Assembly (NCBI RefSeq): GCF_045807025.1
Contig: NZ_JBJMID010000014.1
From: Mycobacterium sp.
Lineage (GTDB): Bacteria > Actinomycetota > Actinomycetes > Mycobacteriales > Mycobacteriaceae
Direction: 5' to 3' (one strand)
DNA length: 64,000 nt
Shown one piece after another: positions 30,994 to 44,027 of this stretch (position 1 is the first letter of the stretch; each line of letters begins with the position of its first letter). A program made the translations under genes and the position numbers. The notes beneath the pieces were generated by a model. That model made no database searches and was not told the origin of the DNA. It saw only the letters and a program-made list of their open reading frames with translations.

Positions 30994-31587
30994 GTGGGGA
31001 GCGTCGGGGGAATCGACCGGTCAGACGACGAGTTGCTGGCGGCGCACGTCGCCGGCGACCGGTACGCGTTCGAGGAGCTGTTCTATCGACACCACCGTCA
31101 GCTGTACCGGCTCGCGCAGATCAGCAGCCGGAACCCCGAAGACGCCGCGGATGCGCTGCAGGACGCGATGCTGAAGGCACATCGCAGTGCGCCCGCCTTC
31201 CGCCATGACTCAGCGGTCAGCAGCTGGCTCTACCGCATCGTGGTCAACGCGTGCCTCGACCGGTTGCGGCGGCACAGGGCGCACCCCACCACCGCCTTAG
31301 AGGACGACGCCTGCCGTGTGGTCGACCCGGCACCGCGGGTGGAGACCGCGATCGTGGTGGAGCGGGCCCTGCTGCGGCTTCCCGTGGAACAGCGCGCCGC
31401 TGTCGTCGCCGTCGACATGCAGGGCTACTCGGTGGCCGAGACCGCGCGGATGCTGGGCATCGCCGAGGGCACCGTGAAGAGCCGCTGTTCACGGGCCAGG
31501 GCCAAGCTGGCCGAGGCGCTCGAGTATTTCAACGCCGGCGCCGCCGCAGCGACCGAGGGGAACCACGACGATCCCGCGGCCGTCTAA
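30994..31587 (+). CDS. sigM: ECF RNA polymerase sigma factor SigM
   Basis: DAADALQD, SWLYRIVVNACLD, GTVKSRCSRAR; conserved position after mviN. Confidence 0.93.
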   Translation: MGSVGGIDRSDDELLAAHVAGDRYAFEELFYRHHRQLYRLAQISSRNPEDAADALQDAMLKAHRSAPAFRHDSAVSSWLYRIVVNACLDRLRRHRAHPTTALEDDACRVVDPAPRVETAIVVERALLRLPVEQRAAVVAVDMQGYSVAETARMLGIAEGTVKSRCSRARAKLAEALEYFNAGAAAATEGNHDDPAAV

Positions 31588-31644
31588 CCGTTCGTGGTGG
31601 AGACTGGCTCGCGTCAGGGTGTGGCGCAACCGGCGGGGGCAGCG

Positions 31645-32382
31645 ATGGACAACGACGCGGGCCACGACCCCGAGCCGCTGACGCCCGATTTGCTGGCCGA
31701 CCTTCAGGCGGGTCTTCTCGACGACGTCACCGCCGCGGCGCTGCGCCAGCGCGTTCGCGCCGACCCTCAGGCTGCGGACATGCTCGCCTCACTCGACCGG
31801 GTCCGCCGCGACCTTGCCGACCTCGGCATCGACGAGGCCTCCGCACCCGACGTCTCCGCCGACGTGACCGCGCGGGTTGGCGCTGCGTTGCAGGCCGAGC
31901 CGGCGCCCCAGTCGCCCGGCGGGCCCGCACATTCACTTCGGCACACGCCGCGGTGGCAGCTGGTCGCCCTCGTGGCCGGTGTTGCAGCGGTGGTCGTGGG
32001 CGTGGTGGTCGGCGGGACGATGCTGGTGCGGGATCAGGCGCCGACGCGGTCTGCGGGGCCGACGGCCCAGAAGATCACCGTGTCGCGGCCGGTGACCGAC
32101 CTCCCACTGTCGGGTCCACAGCTCGTCGACCTGCTCTCACACAGCCCCGATTACGGGCCGCTCGCGGACCCGCAACGACGCGCGTCCTGTCTGTCCGGGC
32201 TGGGTTACTCGGCGGCGACGGCGGTGCTGGGTGCACGAACAGTCGACATGCAGGGACGGCCCGCGGTGCTGATGCTGCTGCCCGCCGACACGCCGAGAAT
32301 GGTCGTCGCGGTCGTCGTCGAACCGGACTGCAATCCAGCTCACACCGGCCTGCTGGCCAATACGTTGGTCACCCGTCCGTAA
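31645..32382 (+). CDS. rsmA: Anti-sigma-M factor RsmA (Rv3912-like)
   Basis: N-terminal [10 protein letters not shown] anti-sigma domain, single TM, C-terminal ASCLSGLG...VEPDC; follows sigM. Confidence 0.8.
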   Translation: MDNDAGHDPEPLTPDLLADLQAGLLDDVTAAALRQRVRADPQAADMLASLDRVRRDLADLGIDEASAPDVSADVTARVGAALQAEPAPQSPGGPAHSLRHTPRWQLVALVAGVAAVVVGVVVGGTMLVRDQAPTRSAGPTAQKITVSRPVTDLPLSGPQLVDLLSHSPDYGPLADPQRRASCLSGLGYSAATAVLGARTVDMQGRPAVLMLLPADTPRMVVAVVVEPDCNPAHTGLLANTLVTRP

Positions 32383-32401
32383 TCTGTCCTGCAAGCCGCG
32401 G

Positions 32402-32427
32402 GGAACACCGGGGCATACGCTGGTGTT
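32402..32427 (+). promoter_or_regulatory. SigH-type promoter of trxB-trxC
   Basis: GGAAC-N18-GTT matches the SigH consensus; trxB2-trxC is an established SigH target. Confidence 0.75.
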
Positions 32428-32464
32428 TGTACCCATGCCGACGGGATACGGCAGAAAGGCTCGT

Positions 32465-33445
32465 ATGACCTCCTCATCCACCGTTCATGACGTGATCGTT
32501 ATCGGCTCAGGTCCGGCCGGCTACACGGCAGCCATCTACGCGGCCCGCGCACAGCTCAAGCCGCTGGTGTTCGAAGGCACCCAGTTCGGCGGCGCGCTGA
32601 TGACCACCACCGAGGTGGAGAACTATCCCGGCTTCCGCGAGGGCATCACCGGTCCTGAATTGATGGACGAGATGCGCGAGCAGGCACTGCGCTTCGGTGC
32701 GGATCTGCGGATGGAGGACGTCGACGCGGTCTCCCTGGACGGACCCGTCAAGTCCGTCACCGTCGGCGACGAGACGTACCGGGCACGTGCCGTCATCCTG
32801 GCGATGGGTGCGGCCGCCCGACACCTCGGCGTGCCCGGTGAGGAAGCGCTGATCGGCATGGGCGTCAGCACGTGTGCCACTTGTGACGGATTCTTCTTCC
32901 GTGATCAGGACATCGCAGTGGTCGGCGGCGGCGACTCGGCGATGGAGGAGGCCACCTTCCTGACCCGGTTCGCCCGCAGCGTCACACTCATCCACCGCCG
33001 CGAGGACTTCCGCGCCTCCAAGATCATGCTGGAGCGGGCCCGCACCAACGAGAAGATCACGTTCCTCACCAACACCGCGGTGACCGCGATCGAGGGCGAT
33101 CCGAAGGTTTCCGGTGTGCGGCTGCGCAACACGGTGACTGGCGAAGAGTCGGAGCTCGCCGTCACCGGTGTGTTCGTTGCGATCGGCCACGACCCGCGCT
33201 CGGAATTGCTGCGTGGTCAGGTCGACCTCGACCCGGAGGGCTACGTGTCGGTCAAGGGCCGGACCACGAGCACGTCCGTGGATGGGGTTTTCGCGTGCGG
33301 CGACCTCGTCGACCACACCTACCGCCAGGCGATCACCGCGGCAGGCACCGGTTGTTCGGCCTCCATCGACGCCGAGCGTTGGCTCGCTGAAACCGCTTCT
33401 GCCACAACCGATGACAGCACTGATCTGATTGGAGCACAGCTATGA
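32465..33445 (+). CDS. trxB: Thioredoxin-disulfide reductase
   Basis: [14 protein letters not shown] redox motif, [20 protein letters not shown]. Confidence 0.97.
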   Translation: MTSSSTVHDVIVIGSGPAGYTAAIYAARAQLKPLVFEGTQFGGALMTTTEVENYPGFREGITGPELMDEMREQALRFGADLRMEDVDAVSLDGPVKSVTVGDETYRARAVILAMGAAARHLGVPGEEALIGMGVSTCATCDGFFFRDQDIAVVGGGDSAMEEATFLTRFARSVTLIHRREDFRASKIMLERARTNEKITFLTNTAVTAIEGDPKVSGVRLRNTVTGEESELAVTGVFVAIGHDPRSELLRGQVDLDPEGYVSVKGRTTSTSVDGVFACGDLVDHTYRQAITAAGTGCSASIDAERWLAETASATTDDSTDLIGAQL

Positions 33446-33777
33446 CCGAGAAGACTTCCGCAACGGTCGCCGTAACCGACGATTCGTTCTCCGACGACGT
33501 GCTGTCGAGCAATACCCCGGTGCTGGTGGACTTCTGGGCCACCTGGTGCGGTCCGTGCAAGATGGTCGCTCCGGTGCTCGAGGAGATCGCCAACGAGAAG
33601 GCAGGTGCCCTCACGGTGGCCAAGCTTGACGTCGACGCCAACCCCGCGACCGCGCGCGACTTCCAGGTGGTGTCCATCCCGACGCTGATCCTGTTCAAGG
33701 ACGGCGCTCCGGTGAAGCGGATCGTCGGCGCGAAAGGCAAGGCCGCACTGCTGCGCGAGCTCGCTGACGTGGTCTAA
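33442..33777 (+). CDS. trxC: Thioredoxin (TrxC/TrxA)
   Basis: WATWCGPCK active site; ATGA overlap with trxB. Confidence 0.97.
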   Translation: MTEKTSATVAVTDDSFSDDVLSSNTPVLVDFWATWCGPCKMVAPVLEEIANEKAGALTVAKLDVDANPATARDFQVVSIPTLILFKDGAPVKRIVGAKGKAALLRELADVV

Positions 33778-33925
33778 CGCCGCGATTCGCGGGCCGGACA
33801 CCCGCCTGGGGTTTTCTCGAAATCCAGAACCGTCTGCGACAATGCTGCCTAGCTGTCTTTGCCTTGTCAGCGCCGTTGGACGCTGACAGCCGACGGCCCG
33901 CAAGGCAGCCGGGAAAGGGTCGAGT

Positions 33926-35122
33926 ATGTCGAGTCTGCGTCGCGGCGACCGCGGGGGTGCGGTCACCGAGATCCGGGCGGCGCTGGCGGCGTTGGGGATG
34001 ATCGAAAGCCCGGACGACGACCTGACCACCGGTAGGCGCGTCGCTGTGGATCTGTTCGATGACGAACTCGACCACGCCGTGCGCGCGTTCCAACAGCACC
34101 GCGGATTGCTGGTCGACGGCATCGTCGGCGAGGCGACTTTCCGTGCGCTGAAAGAGGCTTCGTACCGGTTGGGTGCACGCACACTCAATCACCAGTTCGG
34201 TGCGCCGATGTACGGCGACGACGTCGCTACGCTGCAGGCCCGGCTGCAGGACCTCGGGTTCTACACCGGACTCGTCGACGGGCACTTCGGCCTGCAGACG
34301 CACAATGCGCTGATGTCGTATCAGCGCGAGTACGGCCTGTATCCGGACGGTATCTGCGGCCCGGAAACGTTGCGCTCGTTGTACTTTCTGGGCTCGCGGG
34401 TTACCGGCGGCTCGCCACACGCCATCCGCGAAGAGGAGCTGGTTCGTCGCTCCGGGCCACGATTGTCTGGCAAACGGATCATCATCGATCCGGGCCGCGG
34501 CGGTACCGATCACGGCCTGATCATGAACGGGCCGGCGGGGCCGATCAGCGAGGCAGACATCCTGTGGGACTTGGCAAGTCGGCTCGAAGGTCGGATGACG
34601 GCCATCGGTATGGAGACGTTCCTGTCGCGGCCGGTCAACCGTGCCCCGTCCGACGTCGAACGCGCCGCGACGGCCAACACCGTCGGCGCGGACTTTATGA
34701 TCAGCCTGCGCTGCGCCAATCACGTCAGCCCGGCGGCCAACGGTGTGGCGTCGTTTCACTTCGGCAATTCGCACGGGTCGGTGTCCACCATCGGCCGCAT
34801 GCTGTCTGACTTCATTCAGCGAGAAGTCGTGGCGCGCACCGGATTACGTGACTGCCGGACCCACGGCCGGACCTGGGACCTGCTGCGGCTGACCCGGATG
34901 CCGACCGTCCAGGTCGACGTCGGCTACATCAGCAACCCGCGCGACCGGGGCATGCTCGTGGACGCCTCGGCCCGCGACTCGATCGCTGAAGGCGTCCTCG
35001 CCGCCGTCAAGCGGCTGTACCTGCTCGGCAAGAACGACCGGCCGACGGGCACATTCACCTTCGCCGAGCTGCTGGCTCACGAACTGTCGGTCGAGCAGGC
35101 CGGTCGGGTCAGCCCCAGCTGA
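33926..35122 (+). CDS. cwlM: CwlM: peptidoglycan-binding plus amidase_3 regulator
   Basis: Two PG-binding domains (AVRAFQQHRGLLVDG; LQDLGFY..DG), IIIDPGRGG degenerate amidase, C-terminal PTGTFTFAELLAHE. Confidence 0.95.
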   Translation: MSSLRRGDRGGAVTEIRAALAALGMIESPDDDLTTGRRVAVDLFDDELDHAVRAFQQHRGLLVDGIVGEATFRALKEASYRLGARTLNHQFGAPMYGDDVATLQARLQDLGFYTGLVDGHFGLQTHNALMSYQREYGLYPDGICGPETLRSLYFLGSRVTGGSPHAIREEELVRRSGPRLSGKRIIIDPGRGGTDHGLIMNGPAGPISEADILWDLASRLEGRMTAIGMETFLSRPVNRAPSDVERAATANTVGADFMISLRCANHVSPAANGVASFHFGNSHGSVSTIGRMLSDFIQREVVARTGLRDCRTHGRTWDLLRLTRMPTVQVDVGYISNPRDRGMLVDASARDSIAEGVLAAVKRLYLLGKNDRPTGTFTFAELLAHELSVEQAGRVSPS

Positions 35123-35153
35123 TCGACTCGGCACGAACCGCCGCTTACGGATC

Positions 35154-35921
35154 TCAGTCGCAGGGACCCACGCCCGCACCGACCGGCTGTTGCAGCTGTG
35201 AGGATTCCAGCAGCCGCTCCAACGCAGCCTCGACATCGGCCTTCCAGCCCAACCCTTCTTCGAGTTCGAGCCGCAGCCGCGGAAAGTACCGGTGGTGCGT
35301 GACGACGACGAAGCCGGTGTCCTGGAGCAGGTCGGCGTCCAGCACGCACTGCTCAACCGAGCAGTCCCCCAGCACCTCGACGACGGGCCGTAACTCAGGC
35401 GAAACGAGTCGAGGATCCGAGAGTTCGGTCACCTCGGCGGTATGCCCGAACGCTTCGAGCGCGCGTACGCCGCGGCGGACGAGATCGCCGACCACCGACG
35501 CGATCAGGTGACGGGACATCGCCTCGACATCATGGCCGGATTCGACTCCGAGTGAGGTGAGTAGGACGGCGTCGGCGCTCACCGGCCCGGTGGGGAACCG
35601 ACGCGCACGGGGCACCGCACCCGGCGGCGCGTAGAACGCGTATCCGAGGCAAGGACTGTCTCCGACGCCGAGCGGCATCGCGGGATCCTCCTCGTCGCCG
35701 GCCCTCACGTCGCTGTCGCGGCAGTGCACCGCCATCTGGCCGCACGACCCCCACTCCAGCATGACCATCGACAGCCAGGCTTCCTTCTCGAATTCGGGAT
35801 CGCTCAGGTGATCGTCGGCGCGCAGGGTCGACGGATCCACCTCCCAGTACACGCATCGGCGGGCGTGCTTGGGCAGCTGCTCGAACGCTTCGAGACGAAG
35901 AGGCGTTATTCGCGCTGCCAC
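35154..35921 (-). CDS. Putative GNAT-like acetyltransferase (Rv3916c-like)
   Basis: RRCVYWEVDP, KEAWLSMVMLEWGSCG, LVRRGVRALEAFG, FPRLRLEL. Confidence 0.85.
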   Translation of the reverse strand: MAARITPLRLEAFEQLPKHARRCVYWEVDPSTLRADDHLSDPEFEKEAWLSMVMLEWGSCGQMAVHCRDSDVRAGDEEDPAMPLGVGDSPCLGYAFYAPPGAVPRARRFPTGPVSADAVLLTSLGVESGHDVEAMSRHLIASVVGDLVRRGVRALEAFGHTAEVTELSDPRLVSPELRPVVEVLGDCSVEQCVLDADLLQDTGFVVVTHHRYFPRLRLELEEGLGWKADVEAALERLLESSQLQQPVGAGVGPCD

Positions 35922-36138
35922 TAAACTCCCCGAGTTCTACACGGTGCTGAAATGCACGGCTGCCACTCCAGGATAGAAGCACGCGCCGCCGAAGGCCCGC
36001 TTTCACCGGGTTCCCTCATCGGCCAGCGCGCTCAGATTGAATCCGGTTGCAGCACATGGGTCTTCCTTCGTAAGCGGCGTGACGACGACTTGTTGGACCG
36101 GTTTGTGTCACAGTGACGTAATTACCTCGTGTCGTAGG

Positions 36139-37119
36139 TCAGCTGTTCGACGAACTCATAAGGTCGACTATCCGTTGCAAGTCTTCGACCGATCCGAACT
36201 CCACCACGATCTTGCCCTTGCGTTTGCCAAGGCTGACCGTAACGCGCGTATCGAACGCAGTCGACAGCCGCTCAGCAACGTCCTGCAGACCCGGCATGTG
36301 AATCGGCTTGCGGCGAGGTGCGGACGGCGCCGCGGTGGTGTCGCGGTTCGCCAGCGTGACGGCCTCCTCGGTGGCACGCACCGACAGACCCTCGGCGACG
36401 ATGCGAGCCGCCAGCTCCTCCTGATGCTCCGCGCCGCCCTCGAGGGACAGCAGCGCGCGGGCATGCCCGGCCGACAGCACGCCGGCAGCAACCCGCCGCT
36501 GCACCGCGATCGGCAGCCGCAGCAATCGGATCATGTTGGTGATCAGCGGGCGGGACCGGCCGATGCGGGCGGCGAGTTCATCGTGGGTGACGCCGAACTC
36601 GTCGAGCAGCTGCTGATAGGCGGCCGCTTCTTCCAGCGGGTTCAGCTGGACGCGATGGATGTTCTCCAGCAGGGCGTCGCGCAGCATGCTGTCGTCCGCG
36701 GTCTCCCGCACGATCGCGGGGATGGTGGCCAGGCCGGCCTGCTGGGCGGCGCGCCAGCGCCTCTCCCCCATGACGAGCTGATACCGCGGCGCGGCGGTAG
36801 GCGTGGCCGGCACGGCCCGCACGACGATCGGCTGCATGAGGCCGAACTCGCGAATCGAGTGAACGAGCTCCGCCAGGGATTCCTCATCGAAGACCTGGCG
36901 CGGCTGCCTCGGGTTCGGGTCGATCGTCGACGGATCGATCTCTCGGTAGACGGCGCCGACTTCGGCGCCCGCGACCGGCGGCCCGCCGATCACCACGTCC
37001 GCGGCCGCGTCGCCCATCCGGTGTCCGAACGAGTCCCCGTCCCCCTCGGCGGGACCGGTGGGGATGAGGGAGGCGAGGCCTCGACCCAGGCCGCTTCGCC
37101 TACGTGTCGGTTGGGTCAT
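36139..37119 (-). CDS. parB: Chromosome partition protein ParB
   Basis: GLGRGL, PNPRQPR, GERRWRA (CTPase motif), [14 protein letters not shown]; RBS GAGGAG before ATG 37119. Confidence 0.96.
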   Translation of the reverse strand: MTQPTRRRSGLGRGLASLIPTGPAEGDGDSFGHRMGDAAADVVIGGPPVAGAEVGAVYREIDPSTIDPNPRQPRQVFDEESLAELVHSIREFGLMQPIVVRAVPATPTAAPRYQLVMGERRWRAAQQAGLATIPAIVRETADDSMLRDALLENIHRVQLNPLEEAAAYQQLLDEFGVTHDELAARIGRSRPLITNMIRLLRLPIAVQRRVAAGVLSAGHARALLSLEGGAEHQEELAARIVAEGLSVRATEEAVTLANRDTTAAPSAPRRKPIHMPGLQDVAERLSTAFDTRVTVSLGKRKGKIVVEFGSVEDLQRIVDLMSSSNS

Positions 37120-37121
37120 GA

Positions 37122-37144
37122 CTATCTCCTCTTCGCGCAAGCGC

Positions 37145-37148
<4 letters not shown>
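37122..37148 (-). other. MIRU-like linker mini-ORF (MSACAKRR*) between parA and parB
   Basis: The ATG overlaps the parA TGA (ATGA); the TAG lies 2 nt before the parB ATG; the ORF contains the parB RBS. Confidence 0.45.
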
Positions 37149-38889
<1,741 letters not shown>

Positions 38890-39441
38890 CTAGTCGAGCA
38901 GAACCACGACGCGCCGCGACGGCTCTACGCCCTCGCTCTCGCTGTGCACGCCATCGACAGCGGCCACCGCGTCGTGAACTATCTTGCGCTCGAACGGCGT
39001 CATCGGCGCGAGCTGTTCTCGCTCCCCCGACTCCAGCACCCGGTGTGCCACCTTGTCGCCCAGCGCCGCCAACTCCTCGCGACGCCGCCGACGCCAGCGG
39101 GCGATGTCGAGCATCAACCGGCTCCGCTCACCGGTCTTCTGATGCACCGCTAACCGGGTCAGCTCCTGCAGCGCGTCGAGCACCTCGCCCTTGCGGCCGA
39201 CCAACTTGTTGAGGTCGCTGCCGCCGTCGATGCTCACCACCGCGCGGTCGCCCTCGACGTCCAGATCAATGTCCCCATCGAAATCCAACAGGTCCAACAG
39301 TTCCTCGAGATAGTCGCCGGCGATCTCGCCCTCGGCCACCAACCGCTCTTCCAGATCGTCAGTGGCCGCAGGTGCGCTCTCCGCGCCGTTCTCCTCTTCC
39401 ACCAACTCGTCGCTGCGTTCGGTCGTTTCGGCGTCCGTCAT
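38890..39441 (-). CDS. jag: Jag/EloR/KhpB-like RNA-binding protein (KH plus R3H)
   Basis: LVGRKGEVLDALQELTRL (KH) and ERKIVHDAV (R3H). Confidence 0.92.
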   Translation of the reverse strand: MTDAETTERSDELVEEENGAESAPAATDDLEERLVAEGEIAGDYLEELLDLLDFDGDIDLDVEGDRAVVSIDGGSDLNKLVGRKGEVLDALQELTRLAVHQKTGERSRLMLDIARWRRRRREELAALGDKVAHRVLESGEREQLAPMTPFERKIVHDAVAAVDGVHSESEGVEPSRRVVVLLD

Positions 39442-39478
39442 GTCTGTCTCTCCCTCATCCCACCGGATAGTGCTCCGG

Positions 39479-40588
39479 TCAACGTTTCCGTTTCTTGGGC
39501 CGCGCTCCCGGGCGCGGAGTCGCTCCTGGGCGCGGTGCGGTGTTGCCCGCCGCCCTACCACCAGTCGGCTTGGCACTGGACGCATCGGTCGCCTCGCCAT
39601 CGGTCGCGCTGCCATCGGTCACCGAATCCGACACCTCACCGTCAACGGTCGGCGTCTGCGCCTTGCGCGCCCGCTTCGGTTTGGCGCCCGGCGGCGGCGC
39701 GTTGGCCGCCCGCCGCTCCTGTGCCTCGAGCTTCTTCGCCTCTTCCTCTTGGGCGATCTTCCCGAACACGTAGTGCTGCTGGCCGAACGTCCAGATGTTG
39801 TTCGCGAACCAGTAGAAGATGATCGCCAGCGGCAGGAACACCCCGCCGACCACCACGCCAAACGGGAACACGTACAGCATCAGCCGGTTCATGATCGCCG
39901 TCTGCGGGTTGGCTGCGGCCTCCGGGCTCTGCCGGGCGATCGATGCCCGGCTGTTGAAGTAGGTTGCGATGCCGGCCATGATCATCACCGGCAGGCCGAC
40001 TCCGATCACGGCGCCTCGGCTGAATTCCGTGAATGCATCCAGACCGTTCGCCTGCGTCATCGATGCGCCCAGCGGGGCGCCGAACAGGTTCGCATCCAGG
40101 AAGTGACCGACGTCGGTCGGGCTGAAGATGTAGTTGCCCGTCGCCCTGTTCTGTTCCACCGTCAGGTGCGGCCCGAAGCTGCCGCCGAACCCTCCGGTCA
40201 CAGTCCGGTTGAACGACCGCAGCACGTGATACAACCCGAGGAACACCGGCAGCTGGGCAAGTACGGGAAGACAACCCATCAGCGGATTGAACCCGTGTTC
40301 GCGCTGCAGCTTTTGCATCTCCAGCGCCATCCGCTGGCGGTCCTTGCCGTACTTCTTCTGAAGCGCCTTGATCTGTGGCTGCAGTTCCTGCATCTGTCTC
40401 GTCGTCCGGATCTGGCGGACGAACGGCTTGTACAGGATCGCGCGCAGCGTGAAGACCAGGAACATCACCGCGAGCATCCACGCGAAGAAGTTCGAAGGGC
40501 CGAGGACGAAGGCGAACGCCTTGTACCAGACCCACATGATCGCCGACACCGGCCAGTAGATGACGTCGAGGCTGAACCAATCAAACAC
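39479..40588 (-). CDS. yidC: Membrane protein insertase YidC
   Basis: [33 protein letters not shown]. Confidence 0.96.
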   Translation of the reverse strand: MFDWFSLDVIYWPVSAIMWVWYKAFAFVLGPSNFFAWMLAVMFLVFTLRAILYKPFVRQIRTTRQMQELQPQIKALQKKYGKDRQRMALEMQKLQREHGFNPLMGCLPVLAQLPVFLGLYHVLRSFNRTVTGGFGGSFGPHLTVEQNRATGNYIFSPTDVGHFLDANLFGAPLGASMTQANGLDAFTEFSRGAVIGVGLPVMIMAGIATYFNSRASIARQSPEAAANPQTAIMNRLMLYVFPFGVVVGGVFLPLAIIFYWFANNIWTFGQQHYVFGKIAQEEEAKKLEAQERRAANAPPPGAKPKRARKAQTPTVDGEVSDSVTDGSATDGEATDASSAKPTGGRAAGNTAPRPGATPRPGARPKKRKR

Positions 40589-40913
40589 GCGTTTTGCTCT
40601 CTCCTCGCAGCGCTGGGGCATCCCAGCGGTCGTCGCCGGCTCGTCCGTCCTCGCTGTCGTGCACATGCGAGGCGCCGCGGCGCATGGGTATCGGGTCCCA
40701 TCCTCCCCGATGCCACGGGCCGCACTTCAACAGCCGCACCATCGTCAGCCAACCGCCGCGCATCAAGCCGTACTCGCTCAGCGCCTCGACGGCATACTCG
40801 CTACAGGTCGGGCTGAACCGGCACGCGGGTAAGCGCATCGGCGAGATGGTGTGGCGATACAGCTCGATTAAGAAGATCACGCCGCGGACAACGGTGGAAC
40901 GAGCTGAGGTCAT
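40581..40913 (-). CDS. yidD: Membrane protein insertion efficiency factor YidD
   Basis: [26 protein letters not shown]. Confidence 0.93.
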   Translation of the reverse strand: MTSARSTVVRGVIFLIELYRHTISPMRLPACRFSPTCSEYAVEALSEYGLMRGGWLTMVRLLKCGPWHRGGWDPIPMRRGASHVHDSEDGRAGDDRWDAPALRGESKTRV

Positions 40914-41275
40914 CGGCTCGGCGCCCCGTTGCGCGGTCGGGTCCGACGCAATGCCGTCCGCAGTTCCTCTTCGAGCCGCGCCGAGATCGCGTGCCGGCTG
41001 CCCGGCAGCGCCCGAATGACCACCCGGTCACCGGCGTTCAGTTCGTCGATCACCGTGCGAGCGACGTGTCGCAGCCGACGGGCGACCCGATGCCGCTGCA
41101 CCGCGCTCCCAACCGATTTCGAAACGACCAAACCGATGCGAGGTCCGTCGTCGCCGCTGTCGCCCGAAGACCGCAGTGCGTGCACCACGAGATCGGGCTG
41201 CACCGCCCGCACCCCGTGACTGACGGTGGCACCGAATTCCGTCGACCGCGTCATCCGGTACCGAGCCGGAAGCAC
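40910..41275 (-). CDS. rnpA: Ribonuclease P protein component
   Basis: [24 protein letters not shown] (RNR motif). Confidence 0.95.
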   Translation of the reverse strand: MLPARYRMTRSTEFGATVSHGVRAVQPDLVVHALRSSGDSGDDGPRIGLVVSKSVGSAVQRHRVARRLRHVARTVIDELNAGDRVVIRALPGSRHAISARLEEELRTALRRTRPRNGAPSR

Positions 41276-41296
41276 CGCGCTAGATCCCGCGTCGAA

Positions 41297-41440
41297 TCAC
41301 GCAGTCAGGTTGCGGCGACCCTTGCCGCGCCGGTTCGACACGATCGCCCGGCCGGCCCGGGTGCGCATCCGCAGCCGGAACCCGTGCACCCGCGCCCGAC
41401 GCCGGTTGTTGGGCTGAAAGGTCCGCTTGCCCTTGGCCAC
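41297..41440 (-). CDS. rpmH: 50S ribosomal protein L34
   Basis: Too short for the ORF track. My translation from GTG 41440 is [47 protein letters not shown]; RBS AAGGAG. Confidence 0.97.
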   Translation of the reverse strand: MAKGKRTFQPNNRRRARVHGFRLRMRTRAGRAIVSNRRGKGRRNLTA

Positions 41441-41662
41441 GGCTGTCCACTCCTTGTTGCGTCTGGCAACCGCAACCCACGCCGATGAATCCTCATACCG
41501 TGGGGACGCGATTGCCGTTGGTAAGCTCGTCCGTCTTGCTTGCTAACCGGCGCGGTCTCCAGAGAATCCTGGGTCGCAGCCGTATCGCCACGTTCGGGCG
41601 ACTGTTCGAGGGTACTGACGAGATTTCCCTGGGTCAAACCTCGCTCCAGCGGTGCGCAAAGT

Positions 41663-41689
41663 GTCACAATCGTCACAGCAGTCACGCAT
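41663..41689 (+). repeat. Three tandem 9-bp GTCAC repeats in the rpmH-dnaA intergenic region (MtrA-motif-like)
   Basis: GTCACAATC-GTCACAGCA-GTCACGCAT. Confidence 0.5.
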
Positions 41690-41923
41690 CTCAACGGGGC
41701 AAAAATCTACCCCCGAGAATGTTGCAGAACGGTTGGCACTCGGAGAGAAAACTGTTAGCTTCTGCCAATGCCGTTTCGATAACAAAACGGCGACAGACAA
41801 CGAAGCGGGGATGCCCACACAGTCGCGAGCCCACAGTCCGCACTACCACTGTGACGAGCCCCGGCCTGCGGTGTTCCCGCCCGTAGACAACACAGCGACG
41901 ACGGCTGTCCTGTCTCCACAGCC

Positions 41924-41944
41924 TGTGGATAACTATGTGGACAG
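41924..41944 (-). promoter_or_regulatory. DnaA boxes upstream of dnaA
   Basis: TGTGGATAA at 41924-41932 (reverse complement of the perfect TTATCCACA) and TGTGGACAG at 41936-41944. Confidence 0.85.
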
Positions 41945-41998
41945 TTCGTCATCGTTCATTTGGCCGTCTCCGGATCGGCCTCGAGGGGGTACCCGTCC

Positions 41999-43501
41999 TT
42001 GACAGCTGACCCCGACCCTCCCTTCGTCGCCGTTTGGAACAACGTCGTTGCCGAACTCAACGGCGACTCCGACACCGGCGAAGCCCTCAATGGGGGTTCC
42101 ACGCTCCCCACCCTTACGCCCCAGCAAAGGGCCTGGTTGAAGCTGGTCCAGCCGCTCGTCATCACCGAGGGGTTTGCCCTGCTGTCGGTGCCGACGACGT
42201 TTGTGCAAAACGAGATCGAACGCCACCTGCGGGAGCCGATCATCACAGCGTTGAGCCGTCAGCTCGGGCAGCGTGTCGAGCTGGGGGTCCGCATCGCAGC
42301 GCCGGCTTCCGGCGAACCTGAAGAGGGCCTCAACGGATTCGCCGGCACCCCGGCCGCCTCAGAGCCCGACGAAGTCGACGAGGACTCCGAGGCTCTCGCG
42401 AGTGCCGAGGAAAGCTGGCCGACCTACTTCTCGAACCGGCCACAGAACACTCCGGCCGGCGAGCCCACTGCGGTCAACCTGAACCGCCGGTACACCTTCG
42501 ACACCTTCGTCATCGGGGCCTCCAACAGATTCGCTCACGCCGCGACGCTCGCGATTGCTGAGGCGCCCGCGCGGGCCTACAACCCGTTGTTCATCTGGGG
42601 CGAATCCGGGCTTGGCAAGACACACCTGCTGCACGCCGCCGGCAACTACGCCCAACGGCTCTTCCCCGGCATGCGCGTGAAGTACGTCTCCACCGAAGAG
42701 TTCACCAACGACTTCATCAACTCCCTGCGCGACGACCGCAAGGCCTCGTTCAAACGCAGCTACCGCGACATCGACGTCCTGTTGGTCGACGACATCCAGT
42801 TCATCGAAGGCAAGGAAGGCATCCAGGAGGAGTTCTTCCACACGTTCAACACGCTGCACAACGCCAACAAGCAGATCGTGATCTCCTCCGATCGGCCGCC
42901 CAAGCAGCTGGCCACACTCGAAGACCGCCTGCGCACCCGGTTCGAATGGGGACTGATCACCGACGTCCAGCCACCCGAACTCGAGACTCGCATCGCCATT
43001 CTGCGCAAGAAAGCACAGATGGACCGCCTCGACGTGCCCGGCGACGTGCTCGAGCTCATCGCCAGCAGCATCGAGCGCAACATCCGCGAGCTCGAGGGCG
43101 CCCTGATTCGAGTCACCGCGTTCGCGTCGCTGAACAAGACGCCGATCGACAAGTCCTTGGCCGAGATCGTGTTGCGCGACCTGATCGCCGATGCCAGCAC
43201 CATGCAGATCAGCACGGCGACGATCATGGCCGCCACCGCCGAGTACTTTCAAACCACCGTTGAGGAACTGCGCGGGCCGGGCAAGACACGGGCACTGGCG
43301 CAGTCCCGACAAATCGCCATGTATCTGTGCCGCGAACTAACCGATCTGTCGCTACCCAAGATCGGCCAGGCGTTCGGCCGCGACCACACGACGGTGATGT
43401 ATGCCGAGAAGAAGATTCGCGGCGAAATGGCCGAGCGCCGCGAGGTGTTCGATCACGTCAAGGAACTCACTACGCGAATCCGCCAGCGCTCCAAGCGCTG
43501 A
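41999..43501 (+). CDS. dnaA: Chromosomal replication initiator DnaA
   Basis: YTFDTFVIG, Walker [24 protein letters not shown]; TTG start preceded by GAGGGGG. Confidence 0.98.
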   Translation: MTADPDPPFVAVWNNVVAELNGDSDTGEALNGGSTLPTLTPQQRAWLKLVQPLVITEGFALLSVPTTFVQNEIERHLREPIITALSRQLGQRVELGVRIAAPASGEPEEGLNGFAGTPAASEPDEVDEDSEALASAEESWPTYFSNRPQNTPAGEPTAVNLNRRYTFDTFVIGASNRFAHAATLAIAEAPARAYNPLFIWGESGLGKTHLLHAAGNYAQRLFPGMRVKYVSTEEFTNDFINSLRDDRKASFKRSYRDIDVLLVDDIQFIEGKEGIQEEFFHTFNTLHNANKQIVISSDRPPKQLATLEDRLRTRFEWGLITDVQPPELETRIAILRKKAQMDRLDVPGDVLELIASSIERNIRELEGALIRVTAFASLNKTPIDKSLAEIVLRDLIADASTMQISTATIMAATAEYFQTTVEELRGPGKTRALAQSRQIAMYLCRELTDLSLPKIGQAFGRDHTTVMYAEKKIRGEMAERREVFDHVKELTTRIRQRSKR

Positions 43502-44027
43502 GCGTTCCCTTCTTCGGCCTCACGATGGGTTCCTTCGAAAAATTCTTCGAAAAACTTTGGCACCGTCAGTATCACTTGTCACACGGATCTGGTGTGCATG
43601 CCGGTGTGGACAACTTGCCACCAACCTTCGGATTAACCGGCGATTCGTTCACAACGCGGTCGCAGTGCACAGTCCACCCCACCGCCCCGGCCGACATTCC
43701 CCAATCCACTCACAACCCGACACACTTGGCACGCTGGGCCGACACTGGTTTATCCCCAATGTGCACACGCCCTAATACTGTTGCTCATATATCTCCAAAG
43801 TTTCTCCTTAGAAGAAGCCAGTTGGGGACACATCGATTTTCTCGGCGCAAAACCGCTTTGCGACGCTCGATGTCACCCCGATCGATTAGCTTTCAAGTTG
43901 AGCCGGAAAGCTCTACGGTGGTTCATCGACAGCCGTTACGGTCGTCGGCACGCATCGGTGAGACGCGTGGTGAGACACCGGGAAACCGCTGGTTAGACCT
44001 TATTGTGGTGTGGATCGAAGGGACGCT
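43502..44027. other. oriC: Chromosomal replication origin oriC
   Basis: dnaA-dnaN intergenic region with DnaA boxes (TGTGGACAA at 43605, TTATCCCCA at 43750, TGGGGACAC at 43823, several degenerate ones) and an AT-rich stretch at about 43770-43817. Confidence 0.92.
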
